DNA of 40,001 bases from a virus (IMGVR_UViG_3300046744_000065:1-40001), one strand, 5' to 3'. Counted from the stretch's first letter, positions 9,819-17,945 are shown. Notes: a model not told the origin generated them from the letters alone. Program-made: numbers and translations.

Positions 9819-10075
9819 TGAAACGATACCCCATTAATGGTTTGTGTATTGGTATAAGTAGCATCTGGTGATATAACTGTGCCGTCTTTAACTTGGATGT
9901 TATGGCCTTGTAAACTGTAAGAATACCCTGTCCTATAATTTTCAGTAACAATTGTCTCGACCACAATAGTCTTACTAGAACTGCTACTTTCCATTTGGCC
10001 TGTAGAAAACGATGGAGTAATTCCCCCTGCATAGGCACTAGGTATCCCAAATAAAAATATTACTAGCCATTTCAT
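9647..10075 (-). CDS. Exported Ser/Thr-rich beta protein
   Basis: Signal peptide MKWLVIFLFGIPSAYA with an AxA cleavage site. Confidence 0.75.
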   Translation of the reverse strand: MKWLVIFLFGIPSAYAGGITPSFSTGQMESSSSSKTIVVETIVTENYRTGYSYSLQGHNIQVKDGTVISPDATYTNTQTINGVSFQWVTPSLTTKPQWEIKTPGESFSITENFLAPGLDATSTIQRTINTESQSTSLSIFSN

Positions 10076-10605
10076 TAATCAATTTCTAACTTAATTGTGT
10101 TAGACATTTGTGCTGTAACCCCTGCTCCTGTAGCAGATAAGTTAACTGTCATTGCCCCACCACTATCCATAGTCATTGCCGTTGTACCGATTACCCCACC
10201 AGAAACTGTAGTTGTGTCTCCAAATATTGGTAATGCAGGTACTACCCCTGCTGTTACTGTAGTTGCTTTAAAATCTGTTGGTATGGAATCTCCTTGAATA
10301 AAACTTTCTTGCACAGACCATGCATCCCCTGCTGTGGTGACTGCATAAGTTGTAGTTGAATCTATAGTTGGAACACCATTAGTAATTTGTGCATCTGTTA
10401 AATCTAAAGTACCAATACCACCGGCAGATTCGTTAGCAGTTGGAGTGACATTTGTACCTGATGCCGCAAAAGTTGTACCAACACGATTAGCTGTAGATGA
10501 AGCACCCAAAGTACTAACAGAAACAACATTTTGGATTGAATGATTTATGTCTGCTAGTGCAACGGAAGGGCTAAACAGTAGCAGTAGTGCAAATAGTTTT
10601 TTCAT
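10075..10605 (-). CDS. Exported Thr/Gly/Ala-rich beta protein
   Basis: Signal peptide MKKLFALLLLFSPSVALA; start and stop overlap the neighbouring genes. Confidence 0.75.
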   Translation of the reverse strand: MKKLFALLLLFSPSVALADINHSIQNVVSVSTLGASSTANRVGTTFAASGTNVTPTANESAGGIGTLDLTDAQITNGVPTIDSTTTYAVTTAGDAWSVQESFIQGDSIPTDFKATTVTAGVVPALPIFGDTTTVSGGVIGTTAMTMDSGGAMTVNLSATGAGVTAQMSNTIKLEID

Positions 10606-10994
10606 TTTTTAGGATCAACTACTTTAGTGCCAATAATTTTTATTGGTGTTTCAATTCTAACTGTTTGATAACTACCAGATTGTGACGCTAGTAACTCTTC
10701 TACTTCCTTTTTGTTTAGTGGTTTGTCTTCTGGTTTAAACGTACCGTCACCTCTTTTCTTAGCACCTTCCAAACCAAAACTCGCTAATGCACCTGTCAGG
10801 AGAGAAGCCGGAAAAGTTATATCCTTGGGTTCGTTACTATACCCCGGCAAAGTTATGTAGTTAAGGGATACTATGAAACCGCTCCAAGCAACAACAACAA
10901 GTCGAACAACAACAGATATAAAAGCTAACTGTTCTTCTTTATCAGTAATGTTTTCTTTGAGTTTCTGTAAAACTCCCTTTTTTTCTTCTGTCAT
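10602..10994 (-). CDS. Membrane protein with two hydrophobic segments (possible holin-like)
   Basis: LAFISVVVRLVVVAWSGFIVSLNYI and ITFPASLLTGALASFGL segments; charged termini. Confidence 0.7.
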   Translation of the reverse strand: MTEEKKGVLQKLKENITDKEEQLAFISVVVRLVVVAWSGFIVSLNYITLPGYSNEPKDITFPASLLTGALASFGLEGAKKRGDGTFKPEDKPLNKKEVEELLASQSGSYQTVRIETPIKIIGTKVVDPKK

Positions 10995-11012
10995 AATAGG
11001 GATTTATTAGTC

Positions 11013-11041
11013 ATACTATACATAATTACCTATTTACGCAA
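11013..11041 (-). promoter_or_regulatory. Putative sigma70-type promoter of the inverted cassette
   Basis: Minus strand TTGCGT-N17-TAGTAT, ending 18 nt before the ATG at 10994. Confidence 0.5.
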
Positions 11042-11203
11042 ATGACAGAGGTACAAGCAGCACTTATAGGAGCAGCAGCTACTGCTTTTGTTATGGTTTT
11101 ATCTAACATGAGTAACCGTAGAGAAAAAACTATTATTGATATCTACACTAGATTAAACAAGTTGTCGCAAGCGGTTAGCAGAATAGAAGGCAAGATACAA
11201 TAA
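11042..11203 (+). CDS. Small TM plus coiled-coil protein (53 aa), holin-like architecture
   Basis: Own translation: MTEVQAALIGAAATAFVMVLSNMSNRREKTIIDIYTRLNKLSQAVSRIEGKIQ. Confidence 0.65.
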   Translation: MTEVQAALIGAAATAFVMVLSNMSNRREKTIIDIYTRLNKLSQAVSRIEGKIQ

Positions 11204-11234
11204 CGTGTGCTATGTTTGGAAAAACAAACAAACT

Positions 11235-11402
11235 ATGTACAAGATACTAAAACCTATTCTTGTAAGGTTCTTAACAACTACTGCGTGCAAAAGACTCATC
11301 ATAGAAATATTAAGAGAGACAATTTGTAAGCAGACCTCGAACACGTTGGACGATAAAGCAGTTGATCTTCTTGAGCAACAATTGTTTCCTAAATTAAACT
11401 AA
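11235..11402 (+). CDS. Small hypothetical protein
   Basis: MYKILKPIL...TSNTLDDKAV; T-x-N-x-x-D-D motif recalled from small phage proteins near lysis modules. ATG at 11235 preferred over the GTG at 11205. Confidence 0.65.
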   Translation: MYKILKPILVRFLTTTACKRLIIEILRETICKQTSNTLDDKAVDLLEQQLFPKLN

Positions 11403-11674
11403 TGACAGATAAATTTCTCAACATTGAAATAGAAGAGCCACCTGTAGAGTTGCAGTTATCTGTTGAGATGAGAATTAGAGAGGTTTTAAATAGTGATGAT
11501 TACGATGGTGTGAAAAGATATTGCACACACTTGATTAGACATCAAATGAAAAATGATGTATTTATGGCAGGTTTATTAGGAAGATTAGTAGAACTAGAAG
11601 CAATCCTTGCAAAAAAAGAATTAACAGAAGAGCGTAAAACTATGGACAGAATCAAAAAATTCTTTCATAATTAA
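11402..11674 (+). CDS. NblA-like (phycobilisome degradation adaptor-like) small helical protein
   Basis: VELQLSV...V...(DD)...LIRHQM...F..GLL two-helix pattern matches my recollection of cyanobacterial NblA (VEQQF.L...V......VVRQ.M....F.GMI). Confidence 0.5.
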   Translation: MTDKFLNIEIEEPPVELQLSVEMRIREVLNSDDYDGVKRYCTHLIRHQMKNDVFMAGLLGRLVELEAILAKKELTEERKTMDRIKKFFHN

Positions 11675-11691
11675 AAGAAAAGGAGATTATT

Positions 11692-11754
11692 ATGTCACCG
11701 AAAGGCAAAGGTACTTACGGAACTAAAGTTGGTAGACCACCAAAAAAAAAGTAA
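11692..11754 (+). CDS. 20-aa basic peptide MSPKGKGTYGTKVGRPPKKK
   Basis: AGGAG ribosome-binding site at 11681-11685; AT-hook-like GRP core. Confidence 0.6.
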   Translation: MSPKGKGTYGTKVGRPPKKK

Positions 11755-11794
11755 CATATAAATAAGTCTTGGCATCTCTTCCATAGCTAGGACT

Positions 11795-11842
11795 AATACC
11801 TCAGAGTAATAGGTGGTCTAGTTACTCTGGGGTATTTTATTT
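11795..11842. terminator. Long hairpin between convergent transcription units (likely terminator)
   Basis: AATACCTCAGAGTAA...TTACTCTGGGGTATT inverted repeat followed by a T-rich run. Confidence 0.65.
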
Positions 11843-12176
11843 AAAATGGAATCTCGTCTACCTCTGGTACTTTAGGCGAGCTATTCCAATCATCTGAATT
11901 ATCATTACCTTTGTAAGTTGGTGTAACTGGTGCTGGTTTTCCGGGTTGGTAATTATTATCTGCATCAAACATAGTTACCATAACTGCTGATGGATTTGGT
12001 TTGTCACCAAAATCAGGTAACCCTGCTAAATTTACCCATCGATCAATAAGCATAAACTGTTTGCCTTGGTCATTTTCCATAATGACTCCAATGTTTTGCC
12101 AGTTAGCTTTACGATTTCCTTCTTTGTCGGTATATTCCCTCGTCTTGACTGATAAATTCTTCACTTTTCTTGCCAT
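11841..12176 (-). CDS. Putative ssDNA-binding protein
   Basis: Beta-rich N-terminus, flexible linker and an acidic tail ending VDEIPF like the SSB C-terminal tip; in the replication module. Confidence 0.55.
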   Translation of the reverse strand: MARKVKNLSVKTREYTDKEGNRKANWQNIGVIMENDQGKQFMLIDRWVNLAGLPDFGDKPNPSAVMVTMFDADNNYQPGKPAPVTPTYKGNDNSDDWNSSPKVPEVDEIPF

Positions 12177-12552
12177 AAGGTGTCTCCTTTAGTATGCGTA
12201 TTTTTACAAAACCACCAAGGTAGTCTTGATCCATTGTTGAGATAACAGTATTAAATCGTTTGTCGTTTATGCGTAGTGCATCAGACAGGCCATCAATACC
12301 TGACTTCATTCTAGCAACTAGGTTATCTCTGTCATAACTTCTTCTGTCTGGCGGTATAAATGTCATTTCTAAAACTAATCTTTCTGGAATATTTTTTGAA
12401 TTTTTTTTATTTTTTTCATTTTTTAATTGTTCTTTAGTAACGCTAAGACAGGCTTGCCTGTATTGTTTTTTTGCCCTAGCTAACTTAGCCCAATGCAATC
12501 TAGCGTTAGGAGACAAATCAGATGGTGGCCAACCTAATACAATTTCAATCAT
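12109..12552 (-). CDS. rusA: RusA-like Holliday junction resolvase
   Basis: PPS.LSPN and PPDRRSYDRDNL...K...DG..DAL..ND motifs. Confidence 0.8.
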   Translation of the reverse strand: MIEIVLGWPPSDLSPNARLHWAKLARAKKQYRQACLSVTKEQLKNEKNKKNSKNIPERLVLEMTFIPPDRRSYDRDNLVARMKSGIDGLSDALRINDKRFNTVISTMDQDYLGGFVKIRILKETPYGKKSEEFISQDEGIYRQRRKS

Positions 12553-13110
12553 TTATCTAAATTGTGGTCCGTCCATCCAAGCAACAAGACTATATCTTGT
12601 GCCAGATGTAACAGGTTTAACTCTGTGTACCACCCATGATGGGAAAACACAATATGACCCTGCTTGCATTGGAATTGTTACTTGCTCTTGATTAAGAGGG
12701 TTGTAAATTTCAAATTCACCTCCTTTAAAATTATCATTTACTAAAAATGATATAGATAATTTTCTTGTGCGTTGATCTTTTTCTTTTATAGGAGATTGAT
12801 CAATGTGCCATCTATACTCTTGATTCTTTTCGTATTTTGTAACTTGTATATTATCTGAAAAGTGTATTAAATCATAATGAAAATAATCTGTGTTTGTATT
12901 TATCATTATGTTATGTAGAATGCCGGCAATCCAACTATCTACATACAACCAAGCGTTTGTTGATGACCGTGAAGTATTATCACCTGTTGCACTTGATTGA
13001 TAATCACCGCTTTTGCAAGTCTTTAATATTTCTTTAATCATACTTTTAGGTAAATATGAATTTGCATGAATACAAGTTCTTTCTGCAAAACATCTATTAT
13101 AATTTTCCAT
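12553..13110 (-). CDS. 2OG-Fe(II) oxygenase (prolyl-4-hydroxylase-like)
   Basis: WHID...RKLS...GGEF...FPS...HRVKPVTSGTRYSLVAW: HxD...H iron triad and RxS. Confidence 0.9.
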   Translation of the reverse strand: MENYNRCFAERTCIHANSYLPKSMIKEILKTCKSGDYQSSATGDNTSRSSTNAWLYVDSWIAGILHNIMINTNTDYFHYDLIHFSDNIQVTKYEKNQEYRWHIDQSPIKEKDQRTRKLSISFLVNDNFKGGEFEIYNPLNQEQVTIPMQAGSYCVFPSWVVHRVKPVTSGTRYSLVAWMDGPQFR

Positions 13111-13255
13111 TTTCTAACCTCCTTATCTCTTCATGTATGCGGTCATAATTAATGGCATAAAACTTATCTTCTAAACCTTCAAACCACCATTGGCTTTCAA
13201 GTTCTGCTAACTGCTGTTTGTAATTAGCAATTTTTAAAAGTGTTTCTTCTTTCAT
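13097..13255 (-). CDS. Small hypothetical protein
   Basis: ATGA overlap with the upstream stop; 52 aa. Confidence 0.55.
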   Translation of the reverse strand: MKEETLLKIANYKQQLAELESQWWFEGLEDKFYAINYDRIHEEIRRLENGKL

Positions 13256-14028
13256 AATTTTTTTCTGTAAGATTCCCAATCAAAACCTATCACCTTACCT
13301 CCATTCTCACGCAACCTATCGGTTACACGTTCACCAAGATAATCGGATAGCTGTTCTTTTGGTATGTTTGATAATAAAATCGATGGCTTTCTATTTTCAT
13401 AGCGTGTGTTTAATACATCAAACAACACTTGTTTTTCAAACTCTGACCCAAACTGTACTCCTACCTCATCCAGTACTAGCAAATCAGGTGATGCAAATAC
13501 ATCTATTACCTGACTTTCTGTTTCTTCTTTTGTATGCCAACTATCTTTAACTCTTCTAATTAATCTTTGAACGGTCACGAATAAAGCTGATCGTTGTTGT
13601 TGCATAATGCTCAACGCAATGCCGATAGCAAGATGAGTTTTGCCAGTACCCACTTTGCCTACGAAGATTGCACTCCGTCCTTCCTTTAAAACTAAATCAA
13701 AATTTTCTGCATACTCTGTTGCAAATGCTAATGCCTTTTGTTGACCACTAGTCTTTGCTATATAACTTTCTAATGTCCGATCTTTAAATCGCTCCGGGAT
13801 AGCTGCACTTCCTACTTTGGCTGCCCATCTACGCTGCTCACGTTCTATTGCTGCTTGTTTATCACGTTCAATATCTGCTTTTGCTTCAGCATCCCTTCTA
13901 ATCATCATGCACTTTGGACACTCTGTCCAATGGTCACCAATAAAATTTGTGGACGTATATGCCCCATGCTCTGGACAATTGCGTTCTTCCGTTGGCCTTT
14001 CTTGGTTTAAAACTTTTTGTAAACTCAT
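13252..14028 (-). CDS. DnaC/IstB-like AAA+ helicase loader
   Basis: N-terminal CxxH...CxxC, IPERF, Walker A GKVGTGKT, Walker B LLVLDE, R.TDRL. Confidence 0.9.
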   Translation of the reverse strand: MSLQKVLNQERPTEERNCPEHGAYTSTNFIGDHWTECPKCMMIRRDAEAKADIERDKQAAIEREQRRWAAKVGSAAIPERFKDRTLESYIAKTSGQQKALAFATEYAENFDLVLKEGRSAIFVGKVGTGKTHLAIGIALSIMQQQRSALFVTVQRLIRRVKDSWHTKEETESQVIDVFASPDLLVLDEVGVQFGSEFEKQVLFDVLNTRYENRKPSILLSNIPKEQLSDYLGERVTDRLRENGGKVIGFDWESYRKKL

Positions 14029-14681
14029 ATCTCTTGTTCCCCCTCACCGTAGCTAGTAGTAGCAAAAGATTTTTGTTTATCTACCACCCAATCGCTTTTA
14101 AAACTTTGCCATCCTCTTGCTTGGCACATAACCAATGCATCCTCCAAACTAATAGAAGTTTTCTTTACTTCATTCTTTATACCTTTTAAAGCAGTTTCTG
14201 TTAATGGTGCTTTCTTGTTTTTTCTATGTACCAAAAAATCATCCCATGTTTTTTTACTTACATTACGAGGACGCTTTAGCGTCTTATTAATTGGTTTATG
14301 GTTATTGGTTATTGGTTTATGGTTATTGGTTGGTTCAACGTCCGTTGAGCGAGCGTTAAACCTCCGTTGAACGGACGCTTGTGCAGCCCTTTTTGATTGC
14401 TCTACTTTGCTCTGATATTTTTTAATTTCTTTATCACCTCTAAGATTGATCCATCCTTTGCCTACATCATGTGTAAAAAATTCTTCTAAAATAGTTTTTA
14501 CTTCTGGCACATTGTCAGGCATTCTTATTTTGCGAGCAACCATACTGGCATCTTCATGCAATGGTTTCTCATGCAGGTAGTAAATGTCTAAACACCTACG
14601 GTATGCAAGATCCTCCATTGGATTTAGATGTCCTGTATGGCTCATGTAATCGCTAATGTGATGAGAGTAATAATGCATCAC
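14025..14681 (-). CDS. Replication initiator (DUF1376/YdaU, lambda O analogue)
   Basis: YYSHHISDY...T.HL...E..AY...LD.YY..E.PL N-terminus; internal iterons; W.DF..HRK.KK...WQ.F C-terminal domain; upstream of the DnaC-like gene. Confidence 0.85.
   Translation of the reverse strand: MMHYYSHHISDYMSHTGHLNPMEDLAYRRCLDIYYLHEKPLHEDASMVARKIRMPDNVPEVKTILEEFFTHDVGKGWINLRGDKEIKKYQSKVEQSKRAAQASVQRRFNARSTDVEPTNNHKPITNNHKPINKTLKRPRNVSKKTWDDFLVHRKNKKAPLTETALKGIKNEVKKTSISLEDALVMCQARGWQSFKSDWVVDKQKSFATTSYGEGEQEI
14290..14378. repeat. Putative replication origin: 2x21-bp tandem repeat plus 11-bp-period iterons
   Basis: ATTGGTTTATGGTTATTGGTT at 14290 and 14311; imperfect palindromes CGTTNAACG with 11-bp period at 14330-14373, inside the initiator gene. 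Confidence 0.7.
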
Positions 14682-15460
14682 TCCTCTTTGCGGTAGTTGT
14701 TTATAACATTATCCGCTGCCTGATCTGCTTCTTCAGTAGGCATACCCATTGCTTCTTTTAATCTAGACAATGGTTCTGCTTTTTTATTTTCATCAGGTGT
14801 TACGTTTACCATTTCATCTTCTATCCTTACGACAGAATTAATTGCATCGTTCTTTGGTAATCGTTTTGCAATTCTATGGATAACAGTTTTCTTTGCCATC
14901 TGGTCATACCATTTTACCCAAGGACTATGAGGTGATGAACTACCTTTAGATACCTGACGGCATTTTTCTATTTCATCCATATTCATAATTTCAATGTATT
15001 GACCATCATTACTTGTTACAGCAATTGCATAGACACATACAGGTTTACCTCTATCACCAGTAATTAATGGTTTATGAGTTATGTGTTGGTTAGTGCCTAG
15101 CTCGTAATCAAACAAATCATTTTCGTATACAACTTCAGCACAAATAGTTTTAATTAATCCGCTGTTATGCATTAACTTAATAACTCCTTCAACCATAGGC
15201 AAGTAATTAATTTGCTGTCCATACTGAACTGCTGCTGCTTCCCTGCCATCTAAATAAAGACCATCTGTTGCAGCATTCATAAAGGTTTGTATTAAACTCA
15301 TTTTGTCTGCTTGCAGCAATCTTGAGTTTTTACTCATTGTTAACTTAAGAACAGAACTAAATTTACCTTGCATTTCTTTAGGTAAAACTTTATTAAATCT
15401 GTCTGCCATTTGATCAATTGTTTGATTCATGGCTGCAAGTGGTGTGATTGATGTGGTCAT
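14678..15460 (-). CDS. recT: RecT-family single-strand annealing protein
   Basis: A..GL...G, A.VVYEND.F.YELG and PW..WYDQMAKKTV..R..K.LP motifs. Confidence 0.9.
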   Translation of the reverse strand: MTTSITPLAAMNQTIDQMADRFNKVLPKEMQGKFSSVLKLTMSKNSRLLQADKMSLIQTFMNAATDGLYLDGREAAAVQYGQQINYLPMVEGVIKLMHNSGLIKTICAEVVYENDLFDYELGTNQHITHKPLITGDRGKPVCVYAIAVTSNDGQYIEIMNMDEIEKCRQVSKGSSSPHSPWVKWYDQMAKKTVIHRIAKRLPKNDAINSVVRIEDEMVNVTPDENKKAEPLSRLKEAMGMPTEEADQAADNVINNYRKEE

Positions 15461-15462
15461 TT

Positions 15463-16404
15463 TTAAACTCCTTTTGGTTGATTGAATTTGAATTGGCGAA
15501 ATGCTCTGCGTGAGTTTATGTATGTACCCACCATTTCTTGAGTAATGTATTTACCCTGACTACCTTTAGTCATACCGCAATTGATAGTTCCATACTTAGA
15601 AATTATCTTGGATGCATTCTGACTTTTTTCTAAAATTTGTGCTTTTATTGATTCTTTTTGTTTTCCTAATGAAACGTACTCTCTGTTAATTGAATTGTAA
15701 TCATCAACTAATTGATCCATGTCCTCATCTGCTGCAAGACTTATTCCTGAGTCAGCTTGGTTATATAAATTTTTTATCATGTAATTAGAATCTTTTTCAT
15801 AGTCAATCTCAGGTGGAGTTCCTGTTTTAACTCTTTCCCAAAACTCTTTTACCTTTGTTTCTAATTGTTTTCCTACCTCTGGAAATCTTTCTCTTTTTAA
15901 TATTTTCATTTCATTGCCACCTACTAATGCAACAATGTATCCCGACTCTATGTTTGCAAGATGTAGCTGATGTTGTAGCTGCATTTCTATAAACGGTGGA
16001 GCAAGAATGTTTCCATTACCATCGTCTTCCCATTTAGTGCGGAAAATATATCCGTCAACATTTTTAATTTCTAGCAAAGCTTCTTTATCACCTAGAATTT
16101 TGTAATCGAAGGATGATCCCATGCGTGTTTTAGAATCTGAAAGATAAACATCGTAAGGTTTAACCTCTACACCTTCCTCTTCTGCAAAACCTCTAGCTAT
16201 AGAATCCTCAAGCCTACGACCCCATGCCATCCGAGGGCTATCTATATTCTGAATAAGTTTGTCTTTCTTTTCGTTGTAAAGTTCAAACTCTGATTTGTAT
16301 GGGTTGAGATTAAACAAACATGAAACTTCAGTAGAAGTGACATCTAGTAATCTGTTTTCTAACCAATCTTGTTTGTTGGTTATTGGAAATTCTTTTACGG
16401 TCAT
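15463..16404 (-). CDS. YqaJ-like exonuclease
   Basis: WL..R...(V)TSTE, NPYKS, WG..LE, S.D...LEIK, Q.QHQ; paired with RecT. Confidence 0.9.
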   Translation of the reverse strand: MTVKEFPITNKQDWLENRLLDVTSTEVSCLFNLNPYKSEFELYNEKKDKLIQNIDSPRMAWGRRLEDSIARGFAEEEGVEVKPYDVYLSDSKTRMGSSFDYKILGDKEALLEIKNVDGYIFRTKWEDDGNGNILAPPFIEMQLQHQLHLANIESGYIVALVGGNEMKILKRERFPEVGKQLETKVKEFWERVKTGTPPEIDYEKDSNYMIKNLYNQADSGISLAADEDMDQLVDDYNSINREYVSLGKQKESIKAQILEKSQNASKIISKYGTINCGMTKGSQGKYITQEMVGTYINSRRAFRQFKFNQPKGV

Positions 16405-16706
16405 TAAAATAATTCTCCTTGTTTTTGAATTTTTGGTAAAAAATATTCGGCAACTTTTTTACCGCTTTTAGTTCTGACCATTTTAGTTTGGATGTCATGG
16501 CCTGACTCTCTTAAATCTTTGATTCGTGCAGAAAGCCTTAAACATTGAAACTTTTCTAAAGCTTCGAGAGTGGAAAGTGAGCCACCACTTTCTAAAAAAT
16601 TAAGGATGGCTACACTTTGCGATGTTGTTTTACTCATAATTGTTTTTGTTGTGAGTTGGTTTAACATTGCTTGAGTTTCTGAGTTAACTTCTTCCATAAA
16701 ATTCAT
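16404..16706 (-). CDS. Winged HTH DNA-binding protein
   Basis: SQ...IL..L..G.SL...EA......RL.ARI.DLR..G..I pattern (HTH_39-like). Confidence 0.75.
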   Translation of the reverse strand: MNFMEEVNSETQAMLNQLTTKTIMSKTTSQSVAILNFLESGGSLSTLEALEKFQCLRLSARIKDLRESGHDIQTKMVRTKSGKKVAEYFLPKIQKQGELF

Positions 16707-16906
16707 TACTCTTCATCCTCCGCTGACCAATCACGTTTGTTAATAGGCACTCTCATCTTTATTGATGCAATAAAATAAGATTCGCCATCTTGGTTTTTTC
16801 TGATAACACTTTGGCATGAAAGTGATTGATCAAAAGGACATTCAAATTGGTACTTAGTTATTTTTTTAAAGTACTCATCTTTTGGTATGTCAATAAATTT
16901 TTTCAT
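16706..16906 (-). CDS. Hypothetical protein
   Basis: Translationally coupled ORF in the early operon. Confidence 0.55.
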   Translation of the reverse strand: MKKFIDIPKDEYFKKITKYQFECPFDQSLSCQSVIRKNQDGESYFIASIKMRVPINKRDWSAEDEE

Positions 16907-17049
16907 TGGTCTAAAAAAGAAATGTTCTTAGGGTGGTCTTGTAATTCACATTCGAGTCTGAGTTCTTCATCCCAATCCTCTGATGTGTGTTTGCAATAAG
17001 GAAGGTCGGCCAAGTCGGCCAACCTCTCTAGTTTCTGGATGTCTGTCAT
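16903..17049 (-). CDS. Hypothetical acidic protein (48 aa)
   Basis: Own translation MTDIQKLERLADLADLPYCKHTSEDWDEELRLECELQDHPKNISFLDQ; start and stop overlap both neighbours. Confidence 0.6.
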   Translation of the reverse strand: MTDIQKLERLADLADLPYCKHTSEDWDEELRLECELQDHPKNISFLDQ

Positions 17050-17315
17050 TAGTCAAGCTCCGTCTGATCAAATTGAATTTTGATTAATGGGTATGACTCG
17101 ACATCTGTCCATTTCTCTTTTGCCCCATCAAGCATTAGTTCATAAAGTTGAACTGCTTGAGCAGCTTCATCCTTCGTAAACTTATAGTTGCGTTGATTAG
17201 CAAGATTTAAAAGTTGCTTATGTCGTTTGACTAAAGCATTAACTCTTTGAGAAAAGAGAGCCTTGAATCTGGCTCTCTGATGCTGATCTTTTTCAGCCTG
17301 TGTAGCAAATTTCAT
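17049..17315 (-). CDS. Hypothetical helical protein
   Basis: Coupled ORF in the early operon. Confidence 0.6.
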   Translation of the reverse strand: MKFATQAEKDQHQRARFKALFSQRVNALVKRHKQLLNLANQRNYKFTKDEAAQAVQLYELMLDGAKEKWTDVESYPLIKIQFDQTELD

Positions 17316-17857
17316 TTAACTACACCTGCTGCTCTCAAGTCACCGTTGTGCTTGGTCATAAAGTTATTCCAGACATCGTCTGAACACCAAACACTTTTTA
17401 CTTCTTTTAGTTTTTTGGTCTTACCTCTGGAATCCCAACTATCGTAAATAGCACCATCTTTGACGCATACAAAATGTTGACATTGTTCAACGATGCAAAC
17501 ACTTGGTAAATTATCTAGATGAAAAGTTGTTCTAAGACTATGGTGATACCAGTTTCTTAGTTTAGTGTTGTAACTTCTAGCTATTTGATAAATAACAGAT
17601 GTCATGTCACCTGCGGTCATGCCACCGTAGGAAGTTTTGTATCTGGTTCTGTAACCCCAACATGGTTCAGAGTATTCATAATCATTTTCTTGAATCCACT
17701 TGTCAGCATAAAACTTAACTCGGGAATAATCTGTACCAGTAGCTAGAGTTAATGCTCTAACTCCGCAATCACCGTGGTCTTCCTTTTTAGGATGTGGGTT
17801 GCGTGTAAAAAAGTGTAGTCCTGATGGATGTGAACTTTTTGGAAATGAAATTGTCAT
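17312..17857 (-). CDS. Putative papain-fold Cys-His-Asp enzyme
   Basis: GDCGVRAL...G..Y and HFVCVKDGAIYDSWD motifs. Confidence 0.55.
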   Translation of the reverse strand: MTISFPKSSHPSGLHFFTRNPHPKKEDHGDCGVRALTLATGTDYSRVKFYADKWIQENDYEYSEPCWGYRTRYKTSYGGMTAGDMTSVIYQIARSYNTKLRNWYHHSLRTTFHLDNLPSVCIVEQCQHFVCVKDGAIYDSWDSRGKTKKLKEVKSVWCSDDVWNNFMTKHNGDLRAAGVVK

Positions 17858-17916
17858 TCGTTTTGTAATTAAAAAATTGTAAGTGACGAAAATGAGACAG
17901 TTACCTGCTCACAACC

Positions 17917-17945
17917 AATGTAGCACATAACTCCACACTTGGCAA
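17917..17945 (-). promoter_or_regulatory. Early sigma70 promoter with operator
   Basis: TTGCCA-N17-TACATT; operator TGTAG-N9-CCACA at 17919-17937. Confidence 0.7.

Noticed and set aside
16395-16403. Partial late motif TGACCGTAA on the minus strand
   Set aside because: Only 9 of 12 bases, formed by the YqaJ start codons, and no TANNNT 16 nt downstream.
17005-17022. GTCGGCCAA direct repeat (2x)
   Set aside because: In-frame 3-codon duplication (LAD LAD) within a small ORF; no other copies seen.
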